Below, piece after piece: positions 36,517 to 48,760 of a DNA stretch of 64,000 nt. The notes beneath the pieces are model-generated. The model was given only the letters and a program-made list of their open reading frames with translations. It ran no database searches and had not been told where the DNA came from. Made by a program: the position numbers and the translations under genes. Origin of the DNA: Takakia lepidozioides (Eukaryota > Plantae > Bryophyta); assembly GCA_030704615.1 (NCBI GenBank), contig CM060734.1, forward strand, positions 14,074,001 to 14,138,000, written 5' to 3'. Position 1 is the stretch's first letter, and every line of letters begins with the position of its first letter.

Positions 36517-37470
36517 GGAAGATTGGGGAAAAGAACAGTGGGTGAAACAACTTGTCAAGCGAGCGAAGACTGTTGTGTCGTTCATCCGCACACACCACAT
36601 CCCTTTGACAATATATAGGAGGCACGAACCCAAATACAGCCTCCGCAATCCAGGCGAAACTCGTTTTGCCACTAACTTCTTAATGGTGGATCGGTTGGTG
36701 ACGGTGAAGAACAGTCTGGAGCACACCATCATCAATCCTCAGTGGGATGCATACACACGGACATTGCGGGACTCCAGAAAAGCCAAGTCATTGGGCAAAA
36801 GTCGAAAAGTTTGAAATAGCATTCGCAACGATGATTTCTAGAAGAAATGTGAAAACTTTGTTTATATGGTAGAGCCGGTGTTAATCGTCTTGCGGGAGTT
36901 TGATGGAAAGCAACCAGTAATGGGCAAGGCATGGTTACTAATGCAAAATCTCGAGAAGCACGTCCAGTCCTTGAGGCATTATCCCTTCTCCTTGGAACCT
37001 GAACTTGCGGACAGTGCTGAGGATGCATTTTACGACCGTCGTTCGATGGTTCGAACGGACTTGCATTATGCGGGGGCTTTGCTCAATCCATTCTGCTCGA
37101 CAATACCATGCTCCGAGACGACGCTGATGCCAAGGCCGGCCTCGTGCGAGTGCTCATGCGACTGGCTCCGCCGAACCATGCAAAGAGAGCTATATCCGAG
37201 TACCAATGCTTCTCAGATCGCCGCGACCCTTTTGAGGACATGCCGGATCCAAAAGAGCTCGATATGTTGCCACATGAATGGTGGGATCTGATTGGAGCTG
37301 GAGCAAAAATATTGGCTCCCATTGCGAAGCGTATTCTTGCTCAAGTGTGCTCTGCCTCATCTTGCGAACGCAATTGGAGCAATTACTCATTTGTTCACAA
37401 CAAGATTCGCAACAGGTTGAATCCCGCGAGGGCTGACAAATTGGTGTATGTGTATACCAATTGCTGACTG
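36517..37470 (+). pseudogene. hAT transposase, C-terminal half (DUF659-type with hAT dimerisation domain)
   Basis: PGETRFATNF, LHYAGALLNP, EWWDLIG, SASSCERNWS...RNRL...DKLVYV; stops and a frameshift. Confidence 0.9.
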
Positions 37471-40263
37471 CTACGTGAGAGGGCAGCGGATGATGTTGCA
37501 GCATGGTATGAGAGGAATTTGCAATCCGAAGACTCTGCTTCTAAGGCTGATTCAATGAGTGACGATACTGAGCCTAAGAGAGAATCATCTCAGAGGGAAT
37601 CATCTGCCTCCGATAGTGAAGATAGATCCGATGATGCTCCCGAAAATGCGTATGACCTGTTTACATTCACAGAGGAGGATGCTTATATCCAGCCGACCTT
37701 TGATGACCTTCTTGGAGAAGTGTGTATCACAGATGAAGGTGAAGCTACAATTGTGTCATCCCCAGAACATGGTCCTCAAAATGAAGTTGGGGTCGACCCT
37801 CGCCCGCCACACGTGCCGGCAGAGCAAACGGATTGTCTGCCCATTTCTTTAGGGCAGGGGACTTCTTCTCTTTCCCCATAAGCTGACACCTGTCATGCAA
37901 ACCCACAAGTTGGCCTCATTAGGAAACAACCTCTACATTCCAGATCAAAAACAAAAAAAACCAAGCATGTCGGGGGCTGAGAGCAACAAGTGCTTGGGGT
38001 CTCGAGAGGGGGCAACAAAGAGAAAAGAAAAAGGTGGGGGGGGGGGGGGGAGGGGGTGACTGAGCAGCAGCAGCAGCTGTTGAGCACCACGGGCTCAGTC
38101 ACTCCCCCCCCCACCCCCATTTTTTATTTTTTTTCCTGATCTCTCCCTCTCACTCCCTCTCTCTGTCCCTCTTTGTCCCTCTCTCTCCCTCTGGAAACTG
38201 GGTTTATGGAATTGTTGTCCCAACTTCCATCTTTGAACAAATTGGGTTGCAGGGAATTTAGTTGTTTTTCGTCCAAATACATTTTCTTTTTTTCCCTAGT
38301 GAAACATTTCTTGGCCGCTTATACAACAAGGTATAATCAGCTGCCCTATTTTGCACATCAAGTCACTTATTGACACCATGTTTTTTGCCCCATGATCTGT
38401 TTTAGATCTGGGGCTGGTGTGTAATTCCAATGACAGGGTAGAGTAATATTCCCACCTCTTATTCCATGTCCCAAGACCAAGTTCTATGTCTGGGGTAGGG
38501 AAATCATTACCATAAGAGGCTGTAATCAGATTTACATGCCATGCAATCATCCATAGGAAACACAAAGAATCTGAATTGCTCATCCCATCAGGCTTGCAGG
38601 TTACTTTGGTATTATTTATCCTAAAGCAACTTGAATACAATGCCTGAATCATTCTCTTCACATCTACCAATGTCTTACCATTTTGGAAAATAGGTAAACA
38701 TTCAAGGGCATATAATTACCAAGGACCAGATTTGGCCACAAAAGATCCATCCATATCAGTTTGGCATGGTATCAAGTGTCCTAAAGTAACCAGCTTCTAA
38801 AAGAGGCTAAGTTTCCAATGCTTGTACATTCAAGAACACTGTCTGGTCATGAAAACAGGTCTGCCCTACATTGTAGCATGTTACCAGATCTCTTTAAAGC
38901 CATCAGCTTGTCATATCATTGCTCCATTGTCACATCAGTATGCCATAGGGAACAAGAGATAGTCCCCCTAATGATTGATTGTCCACCATACTAGGTTAAA
39001 CATAGGAGCCATCGAGATCAAAGGAAAGAGGAAGAAAGGATTGTTCTCCCCCAAAGATACAGATGGCGTCGCTTCTTCAACTCGATTCCAATCAACTTCA
39101 AGCTTTAAAATCCATGTTAAGTGAGGACCCTCACCTGGTCCCATCACACGCAATCAGAAACAGTTAAGTTAAGAGACGATGTGGAAAACCAGGTGAATCG
39201 CAGGTCTCACGCTTGTTATCGCTGCACAACATGCAATACAAAGCAGGGGCAGAAAGGAAACAGAGCATATGCAAGCCAACACCTTGATGGCTTGTGGAAG
39301 AGAGGCCTGCGCCACAGCTCTCAAACCAGCAAACAAGAATGCACAACAAAATGTACAAAGCATGCACAAAGAAAGTGAATCGCCCAGACTTAAAGAGTTC
39401 AGACACTTCCCTGAGGCCTTAAGATCGCCGCTTGTATCTTAATGATCGATGAAGGTCACAGCAAGCAACCACAACACAGGTAGATCGCTCGCCGAGCATT
39501 AGAGACAACCGCCACAGGGAAATTGCAGGTACTGCCGCCATTGCGCACCCCAAGAGGGGAAGAAGGTATTGAATCTTGCCAGAACACCTAAATGCCTTAA
39601 TGGCGCAGCTCCATGGCATTCAAGGGCGCCTGAATCGAGCTCCATGCGCCCCCCCATCTCTCAGCTCCAGCCATCCCTTGAGCACGATCGTCGTGCAGAG
39701 GGTTAGGGCAGGGAAGAGATGAAGCGCGATTTCCCGCGATTTCATCCTCGTGATTTCCCACGATTTCATCCATTCGGGATGAACTCTACCGCGCACGATG
39801 AAATCTATCGTGATTTCATCCGCGTTGGATGAAATTGTCTCTCGATTTTTCATCTGTGTCATCCTCTGAGGATGACGTCCATTTATGGATGAAAAAAATT
39901 AAATAATATGATGGCTCCATTAGGATCCTGACCTTATACCAAAAATCCGGGTAATGTAAATAACCGGAATTAACCAAATTCCAATAAGGTTAATTAGGGG
40001 TTAGGTAACATACCACTGGTCTTAAACTATCAAGTTTTAAAAGAACCAGCCAAATCCATGGAGGGAGGGAGAGAGAGGGAACCCACCAACCATCCCCTGG
40101 TATGGCAGCTCCTTATGGAGTGAGTGTGGTATGCACTCACCCCGTAAGGGAGTGCATACCAGACCCCATCACATAAATGACCTCCCTCTTCTTTGTAGCT
40201 TTTACTTCTGGTTACAAAGGAACCATAGAAATAAAACATGCCTACAATCTCAACTCTCCGAGG

Positions 40264-42755
40264 TCAAAAAACAAAACAAGCCGTGACAAGCAAAGGTACA
40301 TCAACAAAAGCTGATGCGTAGCCTGTTGGCACTTTCAAGTTCTGCACAATCTCCAGAAAGACTTGTAACTCCGCCTCAGTGAGGACATAAGGGGCAGGAG
40401 GCATACTTAACGTATCTGCTATGTCAGGATCACGTTGTAGCCACAATTCCGGGCGCATCCCAAGTAGCTCCAAATCACGGCGAACTTTCAATGTGTCTTT
40501 CTCACCAAAGATAGTTTTAATAATATTTCCAGCCAAGTTCTTCTCGCAATGCATTGCGTCAAACGTGTGGCGGATGAGGAGACCCTACAAAATGAACACA
40601 TAAGCAATTGAGCATTTACTCATCACAATTTAAACAGAAAACGCAAAAATGTACACAACCAATTTAAAGGCCATGAAGGAATTACCTCCCAATAAGGTAA
40701 GACATATAAAATTGACAATCGCTTAACTCCATGAGTTTTTGCTGGGTCTGTCCTGCTATCTGGCGTCCATCCGTTTTCCACCCATGCAGTGCGAGATGTT
40801 GCAAGGTCCTTGATTTGTGTTCCAGTTTGCGTTTTTGGAGGAGTTCCATGCTCAGTAGCGCCATTGAACATTCTTGACCTTCTATATGGATGATTGCAGG
40901 CCAAAAATCTTCGGTGGCCTAGGAAAACAATTTTTCCACATGTGTGTAACTGCTGTGAAGTCACCCCGGGTCCACAAGCTGGACAACCAGCATAACCTTT
41001 CGTCACTTGACCTGAGAGCAAGCCATATGCAGGGTAGTCATGGATTGACCACATCAACACTGCCCTTAGTGTGAATTCGCGTTGACCACGAGGACGGGAA
41101 ACATCATGAGTTGCAATCCCTCTCCATAGTTCCAATAGCTCTTCCACTAGGGGCATCAGGTAAACATCTACGTTGTCCGAGGTAACAGACTCCTTACCAG
41201 GAATCAGTAGCGCTAACATGACAAAGAACTTTTTGGTCATTAACCACGGAGGCAGATTGTAATTGACCAAGAGAACGGGCCATGTGCTCCAACTTGTGGA
41301 TTGAGCTCCGTAGGGATTTACACCGTCTAAGGCCAATCCAAATCGCAGAGATTGTGGCTCTGCAGCAAAATCCGCAAATGTGGTGTCAATGTGTCTCCAT
41401 GCTTTGCTATCAGCTGGATGTCGAACCAACCCATCCTGGCTCTTATGTCTGTCGTGCCATGTCATGAGGTTAGCGATCGATTTACATCGGTACATACGTT
41501 TCAACCTTGGAATGACAGGGAAGTGTCGCAATACTTTCTTGGGCACACTTCCACGACCTGGAATGTAACGGGAACTGCGGCACACTGGGCAAATGTCTAC
41601 ATTCTCATACTCCCCATGGAAGAGTACACAACCATGCTCACAGGCATGAATCATCGTGTACTGCAATCCCATCTTGGCAATCATGGTTTTTGCTTCATAG
41701 TGAGTTTTCGGCAATGAATTCTCTCTAGGCAAAAAACTCTTACGCAACAATCCCAGAAGCTCATCCACAAATGCATTGGTGCACTTGTGGGTAGTGCATG
41801 CGTTCAGCAACGTCAAAGTTGCTTGCAGCCGGCTGATGGAGCACCCTTCAAAAAGTGGACATTGCGACGCTCGGAAGAGTTTATCATACTCGGGATCAAC
41901 GTGCAGGTGAGCATTCTCATCAATTCATTGTCTCCGGAATCGTCGAGATCATCGTCATGATCGGCAAATGTGTGATCGGTTCCACCATGAATGGGGTCCT
42001 CTCTGTTTGCATCTGCAAAGAGAAACGCTTCCTGCAATGCACGCTGCATTTCTACCTCCAATCCACCACTCTCATCTGCGTTCTCTGTGACATTAGGCAT
42101 CCGCTGTGCCGCAGGGCCTTCATCTTCATCATCTGAATATTCACATCCCTGCATCCCAATAGTCATCTTGTGAGTGGACCAACAACGATGTGACACTTGT
42201 TCATATTATGACATAGGAGGCACGGTGACGTTGCAGTGATGCAGTCATATTTACGTATGTATCTTATGAATATACACCCAATCAAAACACGACATTTGTA
42301 ACCATTGAAGTCATAGTTGCAGTCACTTACTTAGTCATATATGACTACATGACTACACATGACCAATGAAAACACGACATGTGCATTAATTAAAGTGATA
42401 ACGGAAGTGGCGTAGTCATACTCACGTCTGTATCTTATGACTTCTTGACTACAATCACCCGACGAAATGTCGACATGTGGAGAAGAGGATCGTTGCATTC
42501 AAAATTCAAACTAAAGTGCTGAAGGGAAAGTGGCGATCTTACCGGAAGAGAACAGCGTTGGAGAAGAGGATCCCTCCCGTGTATCATGTAATGATTCCTC
42601 ATTGTTTCCAACAAGAGTACTTTTCCTCCATGACACTCATCGCAGTTGCATAGCATTTTTGTATGCCCGTTCCTTGTGGCATAAGCTTCTTCCATTCGCC
42701 ATAGATGGTCATCTATTCTACGCCTACGCATCCGTTCGCCACCTGCACTGTACAT
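40264..42755 (-). pseudogene. CACTA/EnSpm TnpD-type transposase (Transposase_21), multi-exon, 3'-truncated
   Basis: CNCDEC...H (transposase-associated domain), ACEHGCVLF, CPVCRSSRY, PRLKRMY, HPADSKAW, LALDGVNPY, YNLPPW, DYPAY, DAMHCEKN. Confidence 0.92.
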
Positions 42756-43329
42756 GCTTTGAACGTCACCCCTTCCCTCTTTGCATGCTACGCACAGTGC
42801 ATTGTCTCTAGTTTTGCACCAGTTGCCAATGTGCTATTTCTATATCTATAGTATACTATAAGTATCGTTTCTGAGTGTCCATGGTGAAGCGGAAGGTCTT
42901 CGAAGTGACAGTCCCTCTCACTGAGTACGAGAAGTTCCGAGAGCGCCGGATTGCTGCCATAAAGGAGGTGGAAGCAACGTTCAAGTAGTCGATAGATGGG
43001 TGAGTTTAGTTCCTGACTTTGGATACCCACCCACTAAACTTGCGATTTGCCTTATCCTCTAACCTTCCTACAGCGATCATAAGCTTCATAGCACAAATGG
43101 GGGCGAGTAGCTGCGACTTGTACAAACAGAGAGGCAAACAACATGCAGTGAGTGACGATTAGGTTTGAGGAGGGTGTGTCATTAGTCGGGAGATGTCCGC
43201 CGTCATTCGTGGGCAGGCATTACGTCCTGGTAGGGTGCGGCTGTGGTTCAGCGTAGGCTTAAGAGTATTAGGGTATGTATGCTTACATTTGTTTGTGATT
43301 GTTTGAGAGGGAGGTCATGGAGGTGTTTG

Positions 43330-46300
43330 TGCAGGCTTGCGGGAGCAAATCGCCCTCGCAAGCCACGTGCTCCGAAGGAAAAAGGTAGGGATCAAGGTCC
43401 TGCAAGGCAAAGTGCCAGACTGAAGACGATGAAGCTTACGATTCTGCATGAGGGCTCTTCTGAGGACGATGAGGACGATCCACTCCTCCCACGCCAGTGC
43501 GAGGCGAGTGCGTCATCGGCGGATGCCACGGCAAGCCGAGGAGAACATGCCCATGCTCATGTCGCAGGACAAAAATGCCCATCATCTACACTACAAACAC
43601 CTTCTCCGTCTGTGAGTTATAGTTCTTCACAATGACCATGATTCTAATTATGTATGTTTTTGGTAAAATCACGAAGAGATAGGATATGTCTGTCAAGATA
43701 GGGAAGTTGGACAATGCAGGGGTCAGCCAAGGCACAATCACAAATGATTTCCACTAGACAAGTTGAAGTGCCAAAGGCATGATGTCAGGCCAATGTAGAC
43801 TTCAGGTGTGTTCAAATTCTTTGCCCCATGAAACCAACGTCCTGGTACTAAGCTACAATGGCTACTTATAGAGATACTTGGGTTACTTATGCACAAAGAA
43901 TATCAGTAAAACTTGGAGGGATACTTCTCATGGACCCATCAGGTTTGTCCATTTGAATTCTTGCTATGGATTTCAGGAACACCCCATACCTAAGAGGGCT
44001 CAAAAATGTACTGGGAGGACATCATTGGGGCCAATCAAATTTGGGAGATTTACTGCCCAAGATCATACTGAGTTTTGGGTAATCTTGTCTTTACAAATGA
44101 TATGTGCTTCCAGTTTGTTTTGCCTAAATTCAAGGATTTGCTGCTTGCTGCCTATATGTATGTGTAATCACCCACATTGTACTGGGGGAATTTCTTTTCA
44201 GGGCAAGCACAAGCGCACTGGATCCACGATCCCTGCTGCTAGCAATGGAGATGGCGCCCACAAGAACGCAGGAGGTGGCCCTAACTCTCCCAACGTTGTG
44301 GGTTCTGTGCCACCAGTACCCCCACCTTATTATGGTATGCCTCAGTACCCACAGTCTGGCACTCAGTATGGTCAGGGTCAATATGGTGCTCCTCCATATG
44401 GGCAGTATGGCCAGTATCCTCCTCCACCATATTTGCCACCCCCTAATAGCTATGGGGGTGGCAGGCCACCGGAATATCCTCCTGCTTATGGACAGTATGG
44501 CCAGTATGGTCCTTGGCCTTCTGGCCAACAACCATGGCCACCAGTCCCTACTTGGCAGGATCCTGCTTTGAATTCTCCTGAGCGCACGGAGGTCTCTGAA
44601 GGAGGGGAGGGTGCCGTTTCAAAGAATGATAGAACCAATGCTTTAAGGAGGGCTAATAGCTCAGCCAAAATTGAAGCTGCCAAGGTCAAGGAAGAGAGAA
44701 TAGCTACAGGTCTTCCTCCCACGGTGATTTTGACGAACCTCAAAGGAGCCCCGTATGGTCAGACCCGGAATGTATGGCACGCCTGCCCTTAAAGGACAGG
44801 CTTATCGCAAGCTAGGTTGTTCCCTTGCCATCAACAACCAACCTGATGAAGTTGTATACGAAATCAGAGATCACCTGGCTAAGCTATTTTCATATACGCC
44901 GCACGAGTTAAAAGACTTCCACCTAAAACAAACAATTGGCAGAATAATGAAGAGCCAGCATTATGAAGCACACACTGCGTGGTTGGGTGGTAAGGGGAAA
45001 CCCATTATTGTATCTGACGAGGTATGGAACAAGCTTGTAAGTTACTGGCAGACAGAGGTGTTCCACAAAGTGTCGGGCAACGTGAAGAAGGCAAATGGTG
45101 CAATTCTGAATCCTACCAAGACTGGCCGTGGTGGGAAGGCAATGGTGGAAGCACGCTTGGTAAGTGGCATCATCACGACTCTGTATTTTGTTCCTCATTG
45201 AATTGCTATGTGTATATAGTCAGCCCTCACATTGCTTACTGACTTGTGGCATGGGTTTGTTTGTGGCATGGATTAATTTGTAGGAAACACTATCAGGGTG
45301 CCCTCCTACATTATATGAAATTCAAGAGGGTTTAGTGTCACGGTTCAGCTGGGAGTGACAGGCGGGTAAGTGTGTTTTCCACATTTGCTAGAGTGGTTGC
45401 TGCATCATGGGTTGCTAGGGTTTTTTTCACGGCTTTTGGCCTGGGTTTTCTTTCCAATGGTTGTTCATGCTAGGTTTTTTGGGTTTGATTCATACTTGGG
45501 CAAGTTTTCATGGATTGGCAGGAGGGAAGTCTCACATATTCTACAGTAGTTGGCAGGATGGATGGCTTGGACAAACTGGTGGAATCACAAGGACGTGACA
45601 TGGCAGAATTAAAATTACAGATGCAGAGTATGATTGAGTACCAGAAAGCCATTGTGACCAGATTGGGGATTAATCTACTAGGCACAGGACCAGTGACATC
45701 TACGATGGATACGTCTGGTGTGACAGTATCAAAATGTTTGGAATCCCAATTTCAGACGGTAACTGGTGCTCACTCTAAGCCCTTATGTCTTCCTGTCACT
45801 GATGATCTTTTGAATTTGACCGAGCAGCAGCAGGATACAGGGAAGGCCAGCTGTGAGGTACACGTGGAAATTCAGTCCTTGCCACGTACAAAGGCAGTAG
45901 CAGTCCAGGGGGCAATTGTAACAGAGCGGCCGGGCACACCGGATTCTGGTATGCAGGTATGTGGGAGTTTAGATGGGGAGGAAGATGCAGACGGGGACAA
46001 AACAAACAAGCAGGTTGCTTTAATTTTTCCTGCTCACATGTTGAAGCCCAATGTCAGTTTACTTCCTGGACCAACGAGGAAGCATTTACTAATTCTGGAC
46101 TTAAATGGTCTGTTATGTGAATCTTTTCATTCTGCTAATGGGTCTGCATCCCTTCCCAATTTTGTGGGGAAGATGTGTGGCAAGAAGATGGTAGTTTTGA
46201 GACCACGCTGTTATGACTTTTTGCAAAAGTGTTTTGAACACTTTGAGGTGGCGGTGTGGTCTTGTTGCCAAGCTCGCAACTTCTTCCCAATGGTGGACTA

Positions 46301-46460
46301 TATTTTTGCAGCCCAGACTAACCTGGTTTTCCAGTGGGATGCCCTTCACTGTGAGGAGGATCCAGTCCTCCCATGCCGTAAGGGGTCTGATTCAAAGCCA
46401 TTATATTTCAAGAACTTGTCTACAGTGTGGGCAGACTGGCCAGAATGGAGTGATAACCAT
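43330..46460 (+). CDS. Multi-exon CACTA TnpA-like gene (Pro/Tyr/Gly-rich region, Transposase_24-like domain) followed by an FCP1/NIF-like HAD phosphatase domain
   Basis: KPIIVSDEVWNKLVSYW...S...KKAN...TGRGG (Ptta/En/Spm pattern); then HLLILDLNGLL...LRPRCYDFL..CFEHFEVAVWS...FQWD..HC...FKNLSTVW (FCP1-homology), truncated at ~46450. Confidence 0.65.
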
Positions 46461-47205
46461 TGCAGATGGCACAGCCTATGAGCCTCTTGGGTTGGTCATT
46501 TTACCTATCCGCATTAGTGGCAAGACGATCACTCTCACGTGCATCGTTACCCTGGGCGAACAATTTCTCCTTGGCTTAGACTGGATGAAGGCGGCTGAAT
46601 CCAGCATTGATCTTTTTGACAGCACCATGTGTCTTCACAATGGCAAAGGCCACCCTTATAAGGTAAGCCTTTCCCCTGTTTCTCTTGCTGTGGGCACCTC
46701 CATGGCCAATTTTGCTAAATTGCAGCTACAGGCTGCTAGCATGCGAAAACAGGCGGGTTTGCATTATAACTGGGCAGCTTTAGTCAATATGAAGCTGCTG
46801 ATGGGTGTCTTCATCAATGGCAATTTCCCTCACCAGGTCAGAAGAGTGGACCCCCTCTGTCTGTTCTCAAGAACACATTGTTGCGTCGCTCCCCTATTGA
46901 CTTTGTTCTGCCTGCCTTCTCTCAGCGTATAGTGCCCTCAGGATTAGCATTTGTATGCCCTAAGGGCCACTTTCTGGAAGTGGAAGGCTGGAAAAAGTTA
47001 GCCGTGCAAAAACACTGCCTCGTGGCAGCAGGTGTGATTGATCGTGGCTTTAAAGGTGAAGTGCGGCTTTTGATTGCTAACCCCGAGCGTATACTTGTTC
47101 ATGTGCGGAAGGGGCAGGTGCTGGCAATGCTAATTTGGATCGATTGCGCCATATGTGCTGGAATACAGTTTGTGACATCCTTTTTGGGTCCTATTAGTGT
47201 GCTTT
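46450..47205 (+). pseudogene. Retroelement fragment: aspartic protease C-terminus followed by a dUTPase-like domain
   Basis: IADG...LG....I.I....FLLGLDWM (retropepsin); IVPSGLAF...AGVIDRGFKGEVRLLI.N....VRKGQVLAMLI (dUTPase motifs III-IV). Confidence 0.7.
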
Positions 47206-48760
47206 GACCCCTCTGGGAATGTTTCAAGGGGACTATGACTTTCCAGATGCTCTTAAACTCATGAATGACACTGATGAAGAAGAGGACTCATCAGATGAAG
47301 ATGAACCTCTTGATGAAGGACCTATTATTGAGGAAGAGCCAGATCCAGAAGAAGAAGATGACAAGGAATACAAAAAAACAAACAATCAAGAATTGGCCAA
47401 TATCAGTATTGGAGCGTATACAGTTACCAAGGAAAAATCAGAAGACATTCAGAATCAAGATCAAGATGATTGGCAATGGCCAATCAGATACTATCTGAAC
47501 ACAGGGAAATTTCCTGAAGACTACACCAAAGATGACAGGAGAAAGCTTTCAATGAAAAGCAAGCCATACACAGTAATCAAGGGGATTTTGTACAAAAGAG
47601 GAATTGACTCCATAATGAGAAGATGTGTAAACAAATAGCAAGCCAAAACAGTGATGCAAGAACTACATGAAGGAATTGTAGGAGGACACTTCAGTTCGGA
47701 CCTGACAGCAAAGAAGATATTATTAGCAGGTTACTGGTGGCCTACTGTATTTGGAGATACTTATGAACACTGTCAACAGTGTGATGTTTGCCAGAGGATG
47801 GGACCAGTAGAACAAACTGGGAAGGGTACTATGCACCCAATACTACCAACAGAACCATTTCAGCGATGGGGGGTAGACTTTGTGGGGCCCATTAAACCTC
47901 CAGCAAGGTACACACATAACCAATACATCCTCACAGCCACTGACTACACTACCAAATGGGTAGAGGCCAAGGCACTAAGAGACAACACGGCCAGATCGTC
48001 AGCCAAATTCTTATATGAAAACATCATCACACGTTTTGGTTGCCCACTGGAATTTGTCAGTGATCAGGGATCACATTTTATAAATGATGCCATAAAATGC
48101 TTGACGGAGGAGTTCATGATCGTACATCACAAGAGTACTGCTTACTATCCCCAAGGAAATGGCCAGGTCGAATTTACCAACAAGATATTATGCACTATCT
48201 TAACCAAGATAGTAAATGCCAATCGTACAGATTGGGACACCAAATCGAACACAACACTATGGGCATTTAGGACATCATACAAGGTGACCACGAAACATAC
48301 ACCATTTCAACTGGTGTATGGAGCAGAGGCACTATTACCCATTGAATGTATGATACCCACGCTACAAACCAGAACTCATGAACGATGGGGTTTAGAGGAA
48401 TCTCTACGAGTCAGGGAATATGAGTTATTCCATCTGGAAGAAGTTCGGGTAGACGCCGCAGATAACATGGCACGAATTCAAGAACAACGAAGAAAAAGAA
48501 TATCCGAAGGGAAAGAGAAATCTTTCCAGGACGGGGACATTGTTTTATGGTTACCAAAAATCAAGAAGATCAAACTGGGCGGAAAATTGAAAATGCCATG
48601 GATGGGACCATTTCAAATAAAAAAGGTACATGACAATGGAACTGTTGATTTGCAGACCTTGGAACAAGAATTCGTGGGACGAATTAATATTAACAAGTTA
48701 AAAGGCTACCAAGGAATACATGACAAAGCCCTTATACATGACTTATATGCCAATGAGGAC
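47204..48760 (+). pseudogene. Non-chromovirus Gypsy integrase (with RNase H-integrase linker)
   Basis: HEGIVGGHF...CQQCDVCQR zinc finger; WGVDFVGP, SDQGSHF, GNGQVE, WMGPF. Confidence 0.9.

Noticed and set aside
38030-38120. G-run/C-run hairpin as a terminator or ncRNA
   Set aside because: Low-complexity eukaryotic sequence with no supporting context.
38296-38960. Possible degenerate LINE fragment on the minus strand
   Set aside because: Only vague Trp-rich similarity and no diagnostic motif, so it is not supportable.
39700-40018. Possible hAT right end (GATGAAA/TTTCATC repeats ending CCACTG)
   Set aside because: No partner TIR or TSD in the window to confirm it.
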